Part shown: piece by piece, positions 1 through 8,207 of the stretch
Position numbering within the stretch: the first letter of the stretch is position 1
Layout: the number at the start of each line of letters is the position of its first letter
NCBI GenBank assembly: GCA_000091165.1
Contig: FP565575.1
Location: 2,160,001 to 2,192,000 of the forward strand
Origin: Candidatus Methylomirabilis oxygeniifera
Lineage (GTDB): Bacteria > Methylomirabilota > Methylomirabilia > Methylomirabilales > Methylomirabilaceae
DNA length: 32,000 nucleotides
Direction of reading: 5' to 3'
Notes under the pieces: model-generated
The model's input: only the letters and a program-made list of their open reading frames with translations
Databases searched by the model: none
Told to the model about the DNA's origin: nothing
Program-made: the position numbers and the translations under genes

Positions 1-120
1 ATCTTGCCGATCTGGAAGCTATCGGGGAAGACTGACCACTTGAAGGTGGGCGTGCCAAACATCGGGCTGGACACGGATGCGCAGAACGGCGTCCACGCAC
101 TTATCAGCTCGGTTGTTCGA

Positions 121-168
121 GGCCAGTCGGTCCACGCAATTACTGGCAGATAGACTGCTCGCCCCAAC
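121..168. repeat. Imperfect direct repeat, copy 1 (partner 1185-1232)
   Basis: Ungapped manual alignment gives about 37 of 48 identical positions; shared cores are CAATTACTG, CAGATA and GCTCGCCCCAA. Confidence 0.6.
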
Positions 169-282
169 CTGGCCAAGGACGCGGCAACCCAAATCATGCA
201 TGGCGTGTCACTGTCCATAGCAGGTGAGCTCGATTGGGATGCCGCAGCCTTCGCCGCGCCAATCGTCGTGAGGTGAAACACT

Positions 283-582
283 ATGTCGAGAATGTCTAAG
301 CGGCCCAGTGTCCGCATGCCTACTGCGGAAGAGGACACAATCATTACTGCGGCAGCCAAACGCGACCCCGACGCACAACCCCTTACGTCAAAGCAGTTGC
401 AGGCCATGGTGCCGCTGAAAGCCCTGCGTGGTCGGCCGAAATCTGCGCACAAGAAGCTGCTCGTGTCCGTGCGCTACAGCCCCGAGGTTGTCGCCTACTT
501 CAAATCCACCGGAGAAGGGTGGCAGTCGCTCATGGACAGCGTACTTCGGAAATACGTGGCACGCCATTCGCGTCACGCGTAA
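283..582 (+). CDS. BrnA-family / DUF4415-like antitoxin, with no complete partner toxin visible in the window
   Basis: ORF of 99 aa; the tail GRPKSAHKKLLVSVRYSPEVVAYFKSTGEGWQSLMDSVLRKYV matches the family pattern recognised from knowledge. Confidence 0.8.
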   Translation: MSRMSKRPSVRMPTAEEDTIITAAAKRDPDAQPLTSKQLQAMVPLKALRGRPKSAHKKLLVSVRYSPEVVAYFKSTGEGWQSLMDSVLRKYVARHSRHA

Positions 583-692
583 GCAATGGGCTGAACCTAA
601 CGGTTGATCGGACAGCCGCAAGCGCAGGTTGCGATTCTGTCCGGCACGACGGGTCACTTGAGAGATACAGTACTGAACAGGAGGGTGTGGTC

Positions 693-1103
693 ATGAGTAT
701 TGCAGTCGAATTGCCGAGCTTGGCACACGTCATCACGCGTTACCGCTTCGCGTACCTGATGACGACCAGCGCCACGGGCGCGCCGCATGCGGTTGCGGTA
801 GCCGCGGTGCTGCAAGGCGGAGACCTGGTCGTGAACGGGATCGGTCGCCGCAGCCGCGAGAACGCGCTGGCGCGGCCGGCCGTCGGCCTGGTCTGGCCGC
901 CGCAATCCGAAGCGGACTACTCGCTGATCATTGACGGGCAGGCCGCCGTGACCGGCGAATCGCTTCGGATCACGCCGACGCGCGCGGTACTCCATCGTTC
1001 GGCGCGGTCTTCCGAGCCCGTTGTGTCGGGGGCCTGCGAATCCGATTGCGTGGAGATCGATCTGAGCATCTCGTCCGACAGGCCGATGGCGCGGGGAATA
1101 TGA
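693..1103 (+). CDS. Small pyridoxamine 5'-phosphate oxidase-like (split-barrel FMN-binding) protein
   Basis: ATG at 693 (internal start in the 519..1103 ORF) with GGAGGGTG upstream. SLAHVITRYRFAYLMTTSATGAPHAVAVAAVLQGGDLVVNGIGRRSRENALARP is typical of the family. Confidence 0.65.
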   Translation: MSIAVELPSLAHVITRYRFAYLMTTSATGAPHAVAVAAVLQGGDLVVNGIGRRSRENALARPAVGLVWPPQSEADYSLIIDGQAAVTGESLRITPTRAVLHRSARSSEPVVSGACESDCVEIDLSISSDRPMARGI

Positions 1104-1126
1104 ATCGGTAGCCACTACACGTGCCG

Positions 1127-1187
1127 GCTCACCCGTCGTCCGAACCGACGCCACTGCGCGGCGCGGCGCAACTTTGTCGTTTGAGGC
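1127..1187. repeat. Degenerate attC-like (integron cassette recombination site-like) fold
   Basis: ggctcacccgtcgtccgaaccgacgccactgcgcggcgcggcgcaactttgtcgtttgaggc, with partly complementary ends (ggctcacccg / cgtttgaggc) and an inner stem ccg-a-cgcc / ggcg-cgg with one extrahelical A. It resembles the recalled aadA-type attC sequence; the R' and R'' boxes are degenerate. Confidence 0.35.
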
Positions 1188-1232
1188 TGGTCAGTCTAAA
1201 CAATTACTGCCAGATATAACGCTCGCCCCAAT
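1185..1232. repeat. Imperfect direct repeat, copy 2 (partner 121-168)
   Basis: See copy 1; begins where the attC-like fold ends. Confidence 0.6.
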
Positions 1233-1237
1233 GACCT

Positions 1238-1651
1238 TTACGAAGCCTCCTCCAGATCGATCAGGGCCCGGATAATATCGGTTTCCGTGATGATGCCGAC
1301 CAGCTTCGACTCCTTAACAACCGGGAGCGCCCCGATCCTCCTGTTCAGGAGCAGCCGGGCAGCATCCGCGATAGGCGTTTCCGGCGTAACCGTGACCACC
1401 TTCTTGGTCATGATCTCCTTTACCTTCAATTTTTCAAGCAGGTAGTGCACCTCGTAGATGGACAGGCTTGTAGCAGGAGAGGGGCGCGCAAGTCGAAAGT
1501 CCCGATCGGTGACAATCCCCAGTAGCTTGCTGTTATCGGTCACCAGTAGATGTCGAATCCCCTTTTTCTTCATCATGTACAGCGACGCATTGGCCCGTTC
1601 ATCTGGACCGACCGTCACCAGCTTGGTCTGCATATACCGTTTTACCAGCAT
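1238..1651 (-). CDS. Tandem CBS-domain protein
   Basis: 137 aa with two CBS repeats: MQTKLVTVGPDERANASLYMMKKKGIRHLLVTDNSKLLGIVTDRDF and MTKKVVTVTPETPIADAARLLLNRRIGALPVVKESKLVGIITETDII. Confidence 0.93.
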   Translation of the reverse strand: MLVKRYMQTKLVTVGPDERANASLYMMKKKGIRHLLVTDNSKLLGIVTDRDFRLARPSPATSLSIYEVHYLLEKLKVKEIMTKKVVTVTPETPIADAARLLLNRRIGALPVVKESKLVGIITETDIIRALIDLEEAS

Positions 1652-1711
1652 CGCTTCTCCTTTACATTGAGACGGTTCTCATCGCTATCCTGCTCGCATT
1701 CATCTCTGAGC

Positions 1712-3325
1712 TTATCTGCCCCGTAGGCGACGAACGATGGCACCCAGGCGCTGCATCGCGGCCGAGTAGGTCCCTGGCGGGATCATCGCATCGATCAGGA
1801 TTGTGGCTGCGACATCCAGCGCCTCCACTAAGGCCCGCTCAAGCTCCTCGGCTGTGCGAACGCGAACGGCGCGAGCCCCAAGGCTTTCGGCCAGCCGCAC
1901 ATAGTCGGGGGTCGGCAGGTCGTACGATCGAGCGGGTCCATCCATCGCGGCCAGCATGCCATGGCTGTGATTGTTAAAGAGGATGACAATGGCGTGCAGG
2001 TTCAGCCGTACGCATGTCACCAGGTCTAAGCCGGTCATAAGGAAGGCGCCATCGCCCACCAGGGCCACAGGCCGCCGGCTCGGTTCGGCTAAGCCTGCGC
2101 CGATGGCCGCCGGCACCGCAAAGCCCATGCTGGAGTAATAGCCTGGCCCCAGGAACATATCCGTCTCCAACTCTACGCTCGCGAAGAGCGCATCGCCGAC
2201 ATCAGCGGCGTACAGGACCGGCCGGTCGGCCGCCACCCGATTGAGTACGGCAATAATAGCATCCGGCGTCAGCGTCCCGGCCGTGGACGGTTGAGGCGGC
2301 ATCGGCGGCGGAAGCGGCTCCACACGCTTCGGCGCCTCCGGCAGGGCAAGGAGCGCATCCATCAGTTCCTCCAGGCTCACATCCGGGAACCGGTGGTAGC
2401 TGACCGTGACACCCTCATGGACGGCCGAGATGACCTTGCGCCGATCAAACCGGGCCGTATACATGCCGGTGTTGACGTCGGTCATGAGGGCACCGAGCAT
2501 CAGGACACAGTCGGCCGTCTCCAGCACCTTGCGGGCCCGGGGCGACCCGATTTCGCCGAGATAGTTGCCTGCGAAGAGGGGATGCCGTTCCGGGAAGACT
2601 GCCTTGCCGTCCAGGGACGTGGCCACCGGCAGCTCGTACTTTTCCGCGAGCGCCACCAGCTTGTTGTGGAGCCGAAAGCGGCGGATCTCGGCGCCCGCAT
2701 AGATGGCCGGCAATTCGGCCACCCGGATGCGAGCCAGTACCTCGGCCAGTGCCTCATTGGCGGCGCGCTCATCTCGTGGTCGGACTTCCGGCTCACGTCT
2801 GGCAGGTACGGGCACGTCCGCCCGAATCATGTCCCGCGGGATCTCGATGTAGCCGGGACGCTTCGTGCGGAGGATACTGTCGATCACACGGTCCACCTCA
2901 GCAATGGCATGGGCCGGGTCATCGAGGGCCGTAGCGACGCCGGTGACCTCGCGGTAGACGCGGAGTTGGCTCTCGAAGTTTTTGACCCGGTGATGTAGGA
3001 GGGCATCGGGATCGCGATGGGCGATCTCCGGCGCGCCGGACAGGACGAGCACGGGCGATCGCTCGGCGTAGGCCTGCGCAGTCGCGTTCACCATATTGAG
3101 GGCGCCGGCGCCCCAGGTCACTGCCGCCACGCCCAGCCCCTGGACCCGCGCATAGGCGTCCGCCGCATACCCCACGGCCGGCTCATGGGTGAGGATCACC
3201 GGCTCGATCCCGGGCTCCTCCTCCAGAGCCCGGAAGAAGGGCAGGAAAAAATCACCCGGTAGGCCAAACACATGCCGTACCCCGGCTTCCTTAAATCGCT
3301 TAAACAGATACCGGCTCAGTTCCAT
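1712..3325 (-). CDS. Thiamine-pyrophosphate-dependent enzyme, indolepyruvate/phenylpyruvate decarboxylase-like
   Basis: 537 aa; HEPAVGYAADAYARVQGLGVAAVTWGAGALNMVNATAQAYAERSPVLVLSG at the N-terminus and a GDGAFLMTG-type TPP-binding motif at the C-terminus. Confidence 0.85.
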   Translation of the reverse strand: MELSRYLFKRFKEAGVRHVFGLPGDFFLPFFRALEEEPGIEPVILTHEPAVGYAADAYARVQGLGVAAVTWGAGALNMVNATAQAYAERSPVLVLSGAPEIAHRDPDALLHHRVKNFESQLRVYREVTGVATALDDPAHAIAEVDRVIDSILRTKRPGYIEIPRDMIRADVPVPARREPEVRPRDERAANEALAEVLARIRVAELPAIYAGAEIRRFRLHNKLVALAEKYELPVATSLDGKAVFPERHPLFAGNYLGEIGSPRARKVLETADCVLMLGALMTDVNTGMYTARFDRRKVISAVHEGVTVSYHRFPDVSLEELMDALLALPEAPKRVEPLPPPMPPQPSTAGTLTPDAIIAVLNRVAADRPVLYAADVGDALFASVELETDMFLGPGYYSSMGFAVPAAIGAGLAEPSRRPVALVGDGAFLMTGLDLVTCVRLNLHAIVILFNNHSHGMLAAMDGPARSYDLPTPDYVRLAESLGARAVRVRTAEELERALVEALDVAATILIDAMIPPGTYSAAMQRLGAIVRRLRGR

Positions 3326-3450
3326 GTCTTACCTTTTAACTCACAGCTATCGCGCGCGTCAACCCTGGTATTCTTCAGCCGCTACAATGATGGTTACAGC
3401 CTCGACACGCGTGATCGTTACTCGGAGGAACAGATCCAACGCCATCACTG

Positions 3451-4749
3451 TCACGTCGGGATCTCTTGCGTCCGCCCGCCGGCGAGCAGATGCCATGGCA
3501 CGGCAATGATCTTCTCGTCCAGATAGTGTACGTCATCACCAGAATGAATCAAGACACCCGCTACTGTTTCCGGATATTCATCCAAAAACAGTCGTAGCCC
3601 TGCTGCATCGGTGTAGCGCGGGACAGCGCCAAGCTTGACCTCCACCGCTACCAACTTTCGCCCCTGTTCAATGACAAAGTCGATCTCTTTTCCGGTCACC
3701 GTCCGCCAATAGTACAGGTGCGGCCTGGGCACCAGCAATTGCATGAGCGCCCGCAGATGCAGCAGGATCAACGTCTCGAAGATGGCTCCCGCCTCTCGGG
3801 AGGCGTACAGGGCTTCAGCCTCGTGATGACCCGAAAGGTACGCCGCCAGCCCTGGGTCAACCCAATAGATCTTCGGAGACTTCATGATCCGCTTCGTACG
3901 ATTGCGGGCAAATGCAGGCAGCCGCTCCAGCAGGCCGGTGGTCTCAAGCAGGTTGATATAGCGGTGCACGGTAGGCTGGCTCATCCCGATATCCCGAGCA
4001 ACTTCAGTCTGATTAAGAACCTGACCGCTGCGCAGGGCAAGGGCTTGCATAAGCCGCCGGAAATCCGGTAACGCTTCGATCTGCGATACCTGGCGTAAGT
4101 CCCGCTCCAGATACGTCGTCACATAGCCTTCCCACCAGCGGATCCATGTCTGAGGTTGGGAAAGGGTCAATAGCGGAGGCATGCATCCGCGCAGCATGAG
4201 CGTCGGCAACTCCTCAGGCAATCGTTCGGTCCGCCTCTCGCCCGGCATCTTGCCCTTCAGTAGATTGAGGAGGAGGTTCGACGCCGGTCCTCCACGCATC
4301 TCTCCGAGAGCCATAGGGAGCAGGGACAAATACAGGGCACGGCCGGCCAGACTTTCACTGACTTGACGCATGAGAAGGAGATTGGCCGAACCGGAAAGGA
4401 CGAAGCGTACCCTCCTGTGACGTCGGTCGACAGCCTGCTTTACAGCAGAGAGCATAGCCGGCGCCTTCTGCACCTCATCCAGGACCACCTGCTCTACCCC
4501 AGCCCAAAGGGCGGAGGGGTCCATCCTGGCTTGACGTAACACATCGAGGTCATCGAGACTGATATAGCGCCAGTGGGAGAAGGGTGTTTCGTGCTGTAGG
4601 AAAGTGCTCTTACCGACCTGCCTGGCACCCGACAGGACGACCACAGGGTGATCGGTGACGCCAGATTGCACGACGGGAGCGATCCAGCGCGGTCTATATT
4701 GAAATTCAAGCTCTGAATGTATATCATTCATATCATGAATGATATACAT
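3451..4749 (-). CDS. AAA ATPase with DUF4143-type C-terminus
   Basis: 432 aa; Walker A VLSGARQVGKSTFL, Walker B-like VVLDEVQKAP, C-terminal KTGKEIDFVIEQGRKLVAVEVKLG-type nuclease-like segment. Confidence 0.88.
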   Translation of the reverse strand: MYIIHDMNDIHSELEFQYRPRWIAPVVQSGVTDHPVVVLSGARQVGKSTFLQHETPFSHWRYISLDDLDVLRQARMDPSALWAGVEQVVLDEVQKAPAMLSAVKQAVDRRHRRVRFVLSGSANLLLMRQVSESLAGRALYLSLLPMALGEMRGGPASNLLLNLLKGKMPGERRTERLPEELPTLMLRGCMPPLLTLSQPQTWIRWWEGYVTTYLERDLRQVSQIEALPDFRRLMQALALRSGQVLNQTEVARDIGMSQPTVHRYINLLETTGLLERLPAFARNRTKRIMKSPKIYWVDPGLAAYLSGHHEAEALYASREAGAIFETLILLHLRALMQLLVPRPHLYYWRTVTGKEIDFVIEQGRKLVAVEVKLGAVPRYTDAAGLRLFLDEYPETVAGVLIHSGDDVHYLDEKIIAVPWHLLAGGRTQEIPT

Positions 4750-4754
4750 TCAGA
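4712..4754. promoter_or_regulatory. Perfect inverted repeat (20 bp arms, 3 bp spacer) covering the ATPase start codon
   Basis: TCTGAATGTATATCATTCAT-ATC-ATGAATGATATACATTCAGA; arms checked base by base. Confidence 0.85.
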
Positions 4755-5466
4755 TAATACTTGTCAAGCCGTTCGCCCCGTCGCCGTCGGTTCCCGGTAC
4801 CAGGTCCGCAAAGACGAAGCCGTCACGGGTGACCACCTCTCCGAGGCTGACCGGGATCGGACGGGCGAACATCGGCCCTGCGCAGGCGAAGGTGTGAAAC
4901 TCCCCCCGCTCGCCACAGGGATCGACCTCACCGGGCAATTCATCCAGCAGGGCGCCATCGAACGAGCGTCCTGCATACGAGGGGGAGAGCCTCTTCAGAT
5001 CGACGCACGTGATCCGAGCCCCGAGACCAGCGCTCACCATCTCGCGGGCAAGGGTTCGCGTCGGTCGGCCCCAGAGTGGAAACAGGGGCGCAAGCCCGGT
5101 TCCCCGCATCCGACTCTCGCGATACTGCCGAACGTCCTCAAGGAAGAGATCGCCGAAGGCGACATGTGTAATCTTGAGCTGTGTGCGGGCATCGGCCAGG
5201 GCACGGCCCATCGCCTCCTCATAGGCCGCATTCGAGCAGGGCCAGGGCAGTGGCACATCGACAAGCGGGAGATCCGCGGCCCGTGCCTGCGCCTCGACCA
5301 GCCCTCGCCGCACGGCGTGCATGGCCACCCGGTCGAACGCCTCGTTGAAGGTCGTGAGCAGCCCCACCACCTCTACCTCACCCGCCTCCCGCAGGACCTG
5401 GAGCGCCCACGCCGAGTCCTTCCCGCTGCTCCAGGCGATCAAAACACGAGACGGGTTATTGCCCAT
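4750..5466 (-). CDS. Dph6/diphthine--ammonia ligase-like ATP-binding protein (PP-loop family)
   Basis: Starts at MGNNPSRVLIAWSSGKDSAWALQVLRE (SGGKDS-like PP-loop), with HVAFGDLFLEDVRQYRESRM. Internal ATG at 5466 in the longer ORF to 5559. Confidence 0.85.
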   Translation of the reverse strand: MGNNPSRVLIAWSSGKDSAWALQVLREAGEVEVVGLLTTFNEAFDRVAMHAVRRGLVEAQARAADLPLVDVPLPWPCSNAAYEEAMGRALADARTQLKITHVAFGDLFLEDVRQYRESRMRGTGLAPLFPLWGRPTRTLAREMVSAGLGARITCVDLKRLSPSYAGRSFDGALLDELPGEVDPCGERGEFHTFACAGPMFARPIPVSLGEVVTRDGFVFADLVPGTDGDGANGLTSII

Positions 5467-5590
5467 AGGCGTAAGATCCGAAGAGGATAATCTTCTGTGG
5501 AGCGTACTCTGCGACAAGCCGTCTGACAATCTCTTGGATGACAGCCCGGATAGCAGCATTTCTGTTCATGACACGATGCCTCTGGGAGGT

Positions 5591-5989
5591 TCAGAGCCAC
5601 AAAACCTTGATGTCCTTCTCGACCGACTTGAACTCGGGATCACCGGTGTAGAGATCGGCTTTCTTTTGTCTTGCCAGGGCAGCAGCAAAGCAATCGGCCA
5701 GCGACATTTTTCTTATTGCCTTGATCTCTCCGGCCAATTCAGCGAGTGGTTGGTCCGCCGGAACAACTTCGAGCGGGAGGCCGAGCAGTTTGTGTTGGAC
5801 CTCGCTCCATCGCCCTGCCCCGACTTTTCGCTCCACCATGTATCTGACCTCCGCCCAGTTCGGCGCCGCAATGAAAAGAACCTGGTCGGTCTGGGCGGCC
5901 TTTTCCAGAAGATCGAGGATCTTCTCGTAACCTCTCTCCTTGAATAGGAAAGCAAGCACCGCGTAGCTATCAAGTACGGACCTTTTCAA
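5591..5989 (-). CDS. vapC: PIN-domain toxin, VapC family
   Basis: 132 aa; VLDSYAVLAFLFKE, SLADCFAAALARQKKADLYTGDPEFKSVE gives the acidic PIN residues. Confidence 0.85.
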   Translation of the reverse strand: MKRSVLDSYAVLAFLFKERGYEKILDLLEKAAQTDQVLFIAAPNWAEVRYMVERKVGAGRWSEVQHKLLGLPLEVVPADQPLAELAGEIKAIRKMSLADCFAAALARQKKADLYTGDPEFKSVEKDIKVLWL

Positions 5990-6230
5990 CGTCGGCTTCC
6001 TCGCGCCTCTTGTCCATAGCCCGCTCCTTCAGCAGCTCTTCAGTTACGGACGTCTCGCTTTTGAGCATGCCACAGACGCTCCGAATATGTTCTGGTGTAA
6101 CAGGCTGAAACACGATTTCGCTCTCGCGCTCGATGAAGCAGATCTTTGTACCAGGCTTGATACCATACTTACGGCGCAGCCGAGACGGGACAACAAGTTG
6201 CCCCTTGCTTGTTACATGTGCGACTTCCAT
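5970..6230 (-). CDS. AbrB/MazE-like (SpoVT-AbrB) antitoxin, VapB-type partner
   Basis: Starts MEVAHVTSKGQLVVPSRLRRKYGIKPGTKICF (swapped-hairpin motif); overlaps the vapC start by 20 nt. Internal ATG at 6230 in the longer ORF. Confidence 0.85.
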   Translation of the reverse strand: MEVAHVTSKGQLVVPSRLRRKYGIKPGTKICFIERESEIVFQPVTPEHIRSVCGMLKSETSVTEELLKERAMDKRREEADVEKVRT

Positions 6231-6244
6231 TGCTGAACTCCTCC

Positions 6245-6256
6245 ACAATATATTGT
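6245..6256. promoter_or_regulatory. 12 bp perfect palindrome ACAATATATTGT, candidate antitoxin autoregulatory operator
   Basis: Self-complementary and located between the vapBC -10 box and the ATG. Confidence 0.45.
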
Positions 6257-6263
6257 ATGTCTT

Positions 6264-6292
6264 ACTATATATATATCGTAAGGCATTGTCAA
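6264..6292 (-). promoter_or_regulatory. Predicted sigma70-like promoter of vapBC
   Basis: Minus strand TTGACA (6292-6287), 17 nt spacer, TATAGT (6269-6264). Confidence 0.7.
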
Positions 6293-6356
6293 TAATACCT
6301 TTCATTTCGATATCAGAGACAGGAAGTTGTTAACACCAAGAAAGTCCCTCTTGCGA

Positions 6357-6523
6357 GTCATTGCGAGTATCCCATCCAGCGTTCGCTGACCCGTAGGTGG
6401 CAGAAACTTAGCCAGTTTCTGAGTAGGAGCATAGCGACTGAAGCAAACTCACAGTCGTTGGAATGCGTGGCTTCCGGAAAGAACGGTGAGATTGCCGCGC
6501 TTCCGTTGGTCGCTCGCAATGAC
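6357..6523. repeat. Dispersed-repeat-like intergenic element with inverted ends
   Basis: GTCATTGCGAG (6357-6367) and CTCGCAATGAC (6513-6523) are perfect 11 bp inverted ends, with GAGATTGCCGCGCTTCC just inside the right end. This resembles the GTCATTGCGAG...GCAATCTC repeats common in some environmental bacterial genomes. Confidence 0.55.
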
Positions 6524-6596
6524 GGAGCGGTGAATTCAACGCCTGCGTTGCGGATTTTCATGTCCATGGACGTGCTGCAGGTGCATGATGATCTCT

Positions 6597-7475
6597 TTAT
6601 AGAGTGCGAGGCCACTGCAACCCCTCGAGGCCGATCTGGCCGCACTTTGTGCCGGCCAGGCGGCAGGCGTGCGACAGGGCCTCGGCCAACCCACGACCCT
6701 TCAGATAGGCATCGATCAGCCCGGCGTTGAAGGTATCACCTGCGCCCAGGGTGTCTTTGATTTCGATCGGGGGATAAGCCGGGCTGTGTTGGATCTCGCC
6801 TTGACGGTCGAGACCGTAGGCCCCCTCTTTACCCCATGTGACGATCAGGTCCGCCTGCGGCGCCTGCTCCCGTATCGTGGACAGGAAAGGGCGGGGCACG
6901 TCGAATCCCAGGTGGCCGGCATAGGCGCGTGAGAAGATCAGCACCGTCGCGTCTGCGAAGATCGCTTCGATCCCGGGACGCGGCTTCTCCACCTCCACCG
7001 AACATGGCAGGCCTGGACAACTCTCGCGGACACGGCGTACCATGCGGGTGGCCTCTGATGCATCGCGGCCCTCAAAGTGGACCCAGTCGAACGGCGTCAG
7101 ATCAATTCGCCGGAAGTCGTCATCACCGTACTCAGGCAGCTCCCGATGGTGCACGATGGTGCGCGTGCCGCCTTCGAGACTCAACAGAACGCATGAGGTC
7201 GGCGGTCGGCCGCGAACATAGCGGCAAGCAGTGAGGTCGATGCGATGGCGGACCAAGTGGTCAATGATAGGAGTGGCCTCGGAGTCATCCGCCAACACGC
7301 CGCCAAAGGCGCACGCGTGACCCAGTTGACTGAGGACAACCAGGGTATTGGCGGCATTGCCGCCCGGGCAGATGCGGAGCCCCTTGGCGCGAAGCTCGGC
7401 ATCCTCATCAGGGTAGTGCGCGACGGTGAAAATAAGGTCAAGCGTCACACCGCCGATAGCCAGGATCCGCGCCAT
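6597..7475 (-). CDS. PfkB-family carbohydrate kinase (ketohexokinase/ribokinase-like)
   Basis: ARILAIGGVTLDLIFTV, CPGGNAANTLVVLSQLG, IKDTLGAGDTFNAGLI signature. Confidence 0.92.
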   Translation of the reverse strand: MARILAIGGVTLDLIFTVAHYPDEDAELRAKGLRICPGGNAANTLVVLSQLGHACAFGGVLADDSEATPIIDHLVRHRIDLTACRYVRGRPPTSCVLLSLEGGTRTIVHHRELPEYGDDDFRRIDLTPFDWVHFEGRDASEATRMVRRVRESCPGLPCSVEVEKPRPGIEAIFADATVLIFSRAYAGHLGFDVPRPFLSTIREQAPQADLIVTWGKEGAYGLDRQGEIQHSPAYPPIEIKDTLGAGDTFNAGLIDAYLKGRGLAEALSHACRLAGTKCGQIGLEGLQWPRTL

Positions 7476-7494
7476 GTGAACCTCCAGTGAGCGC

Positions 7495-7564
7495 TCAGCC
7501 ATCAGCAGTCAGCAGAATCAGGATAAGGAAACGAAGGCTGATCGCCGAAAGCTGACTGCTGTTC
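7495..7564. repeat. Fold-back heptad array (TCAGCNN)n ... (GCTGANN)n
   Basis: tcagcca-tcagcag-tcagcag (7495-7515), then gctgatc-gccgaaa-gctgact-gctgttc (7537-7564). Confidence 0.75.
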
Positions 7565-7567
7565 GCT

Positions 7568-7840
7568 TCAGTCGAACCGGTAATGCTTTTTCACGGGGCA
7601 GCGAATATCCCAGGTGCAGGCTATCCCGACGGGAAATACGACGAGATCGCCCTTACCGATCTGCACCGGCTCCCCCTCGTCAGGCGTGACGATGACCTCC
7701 CCCTCCAGGAAATAGCAGGTCTCTGTGCGGTCGTAGTTCCAGGGGAAGATCGAGACCTCCTTACTCCAAGTCGGCCAGGTTGTGACCCTGAGCGCTGCAA
7801 GGCGATCCTGGGAAGGGTTGCGCTCTATCCGAATCCTCAT
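7568..7840 (-). CDS. Small cupin-domain protein (DUF861-like)
   Basis: 90 aa starting MRIRIERNPSQDRL; contains TWSKEVSIFPWNYDRTETCYFLEGEVIVTPDEGEPVQIGKGDLVVFPVGIACTWDI. Confidence 0.85.
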   Translation of the reverse strand: MRIRIERNPSQDRLAALRVTTWPTWSKEVSIFPWNYDRTETCYFLEGEVIVTPDEGEPVQIGKGDLVVFPVGIACTWDIRCPVKKHYRFD

Positions 7841-8150
7841 AGTTCCGTCCTCCTTCTGCGCCAACATATCTCCTTGGCAAGTAGCCGCATGGTAAGCCGC
7901 CCCTGACACACCGGTCAAGCCGAAACTGAAACTGATGGTATCCCCGCAGTCTCGGATGGACTCCTTCCGTGTGCTGCGGGACTCGCGGATGGTGATCGTT
8001 GCCGTTCCCCTCCGGTCCAGGGCTTCCCTTCTGGGAACAGCGATGTTGCAAGGAGCGCTCAGACAGTCCTCGCACACTCCAGGACCCCACCCAAGACTGA
8101 GCGATGACATCTGATGGACATGTTGTCTCATCTGCCCTCTCGGACGACCC

Positions 8151-8179
8151 TTGGAACCGCGCGCCCGCTCTGCTATCAT
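8151..8179 (+). promoter_or_regulatory. Predicted sigma70-like promoter for the 8208 ORF
   Basis: TTGGAA - 17 nt - TATCAT. Confidence 0.5.
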
Positions 8180-8207
8180 CTCTGTAGAGGATAGGAAAGG
8201 AGAGGCC

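Noticed and set aside
1-282. Possible BrnT or ParE toxin remnant upstream of brnA
   Set aside because: Only very short stretches (LADLEAIGED; LDWDAAAF) resemble toxin motifs; no continuous homologous frame.
4717-5490. 257 aa ORF opposite the Dph6-like gene starting MYIIHIMNDIHS
   Set aside because: Its N-terminus mirrors the ATPase start only because of the perfect palindrome; the remainder is antisense to a conserved gene.
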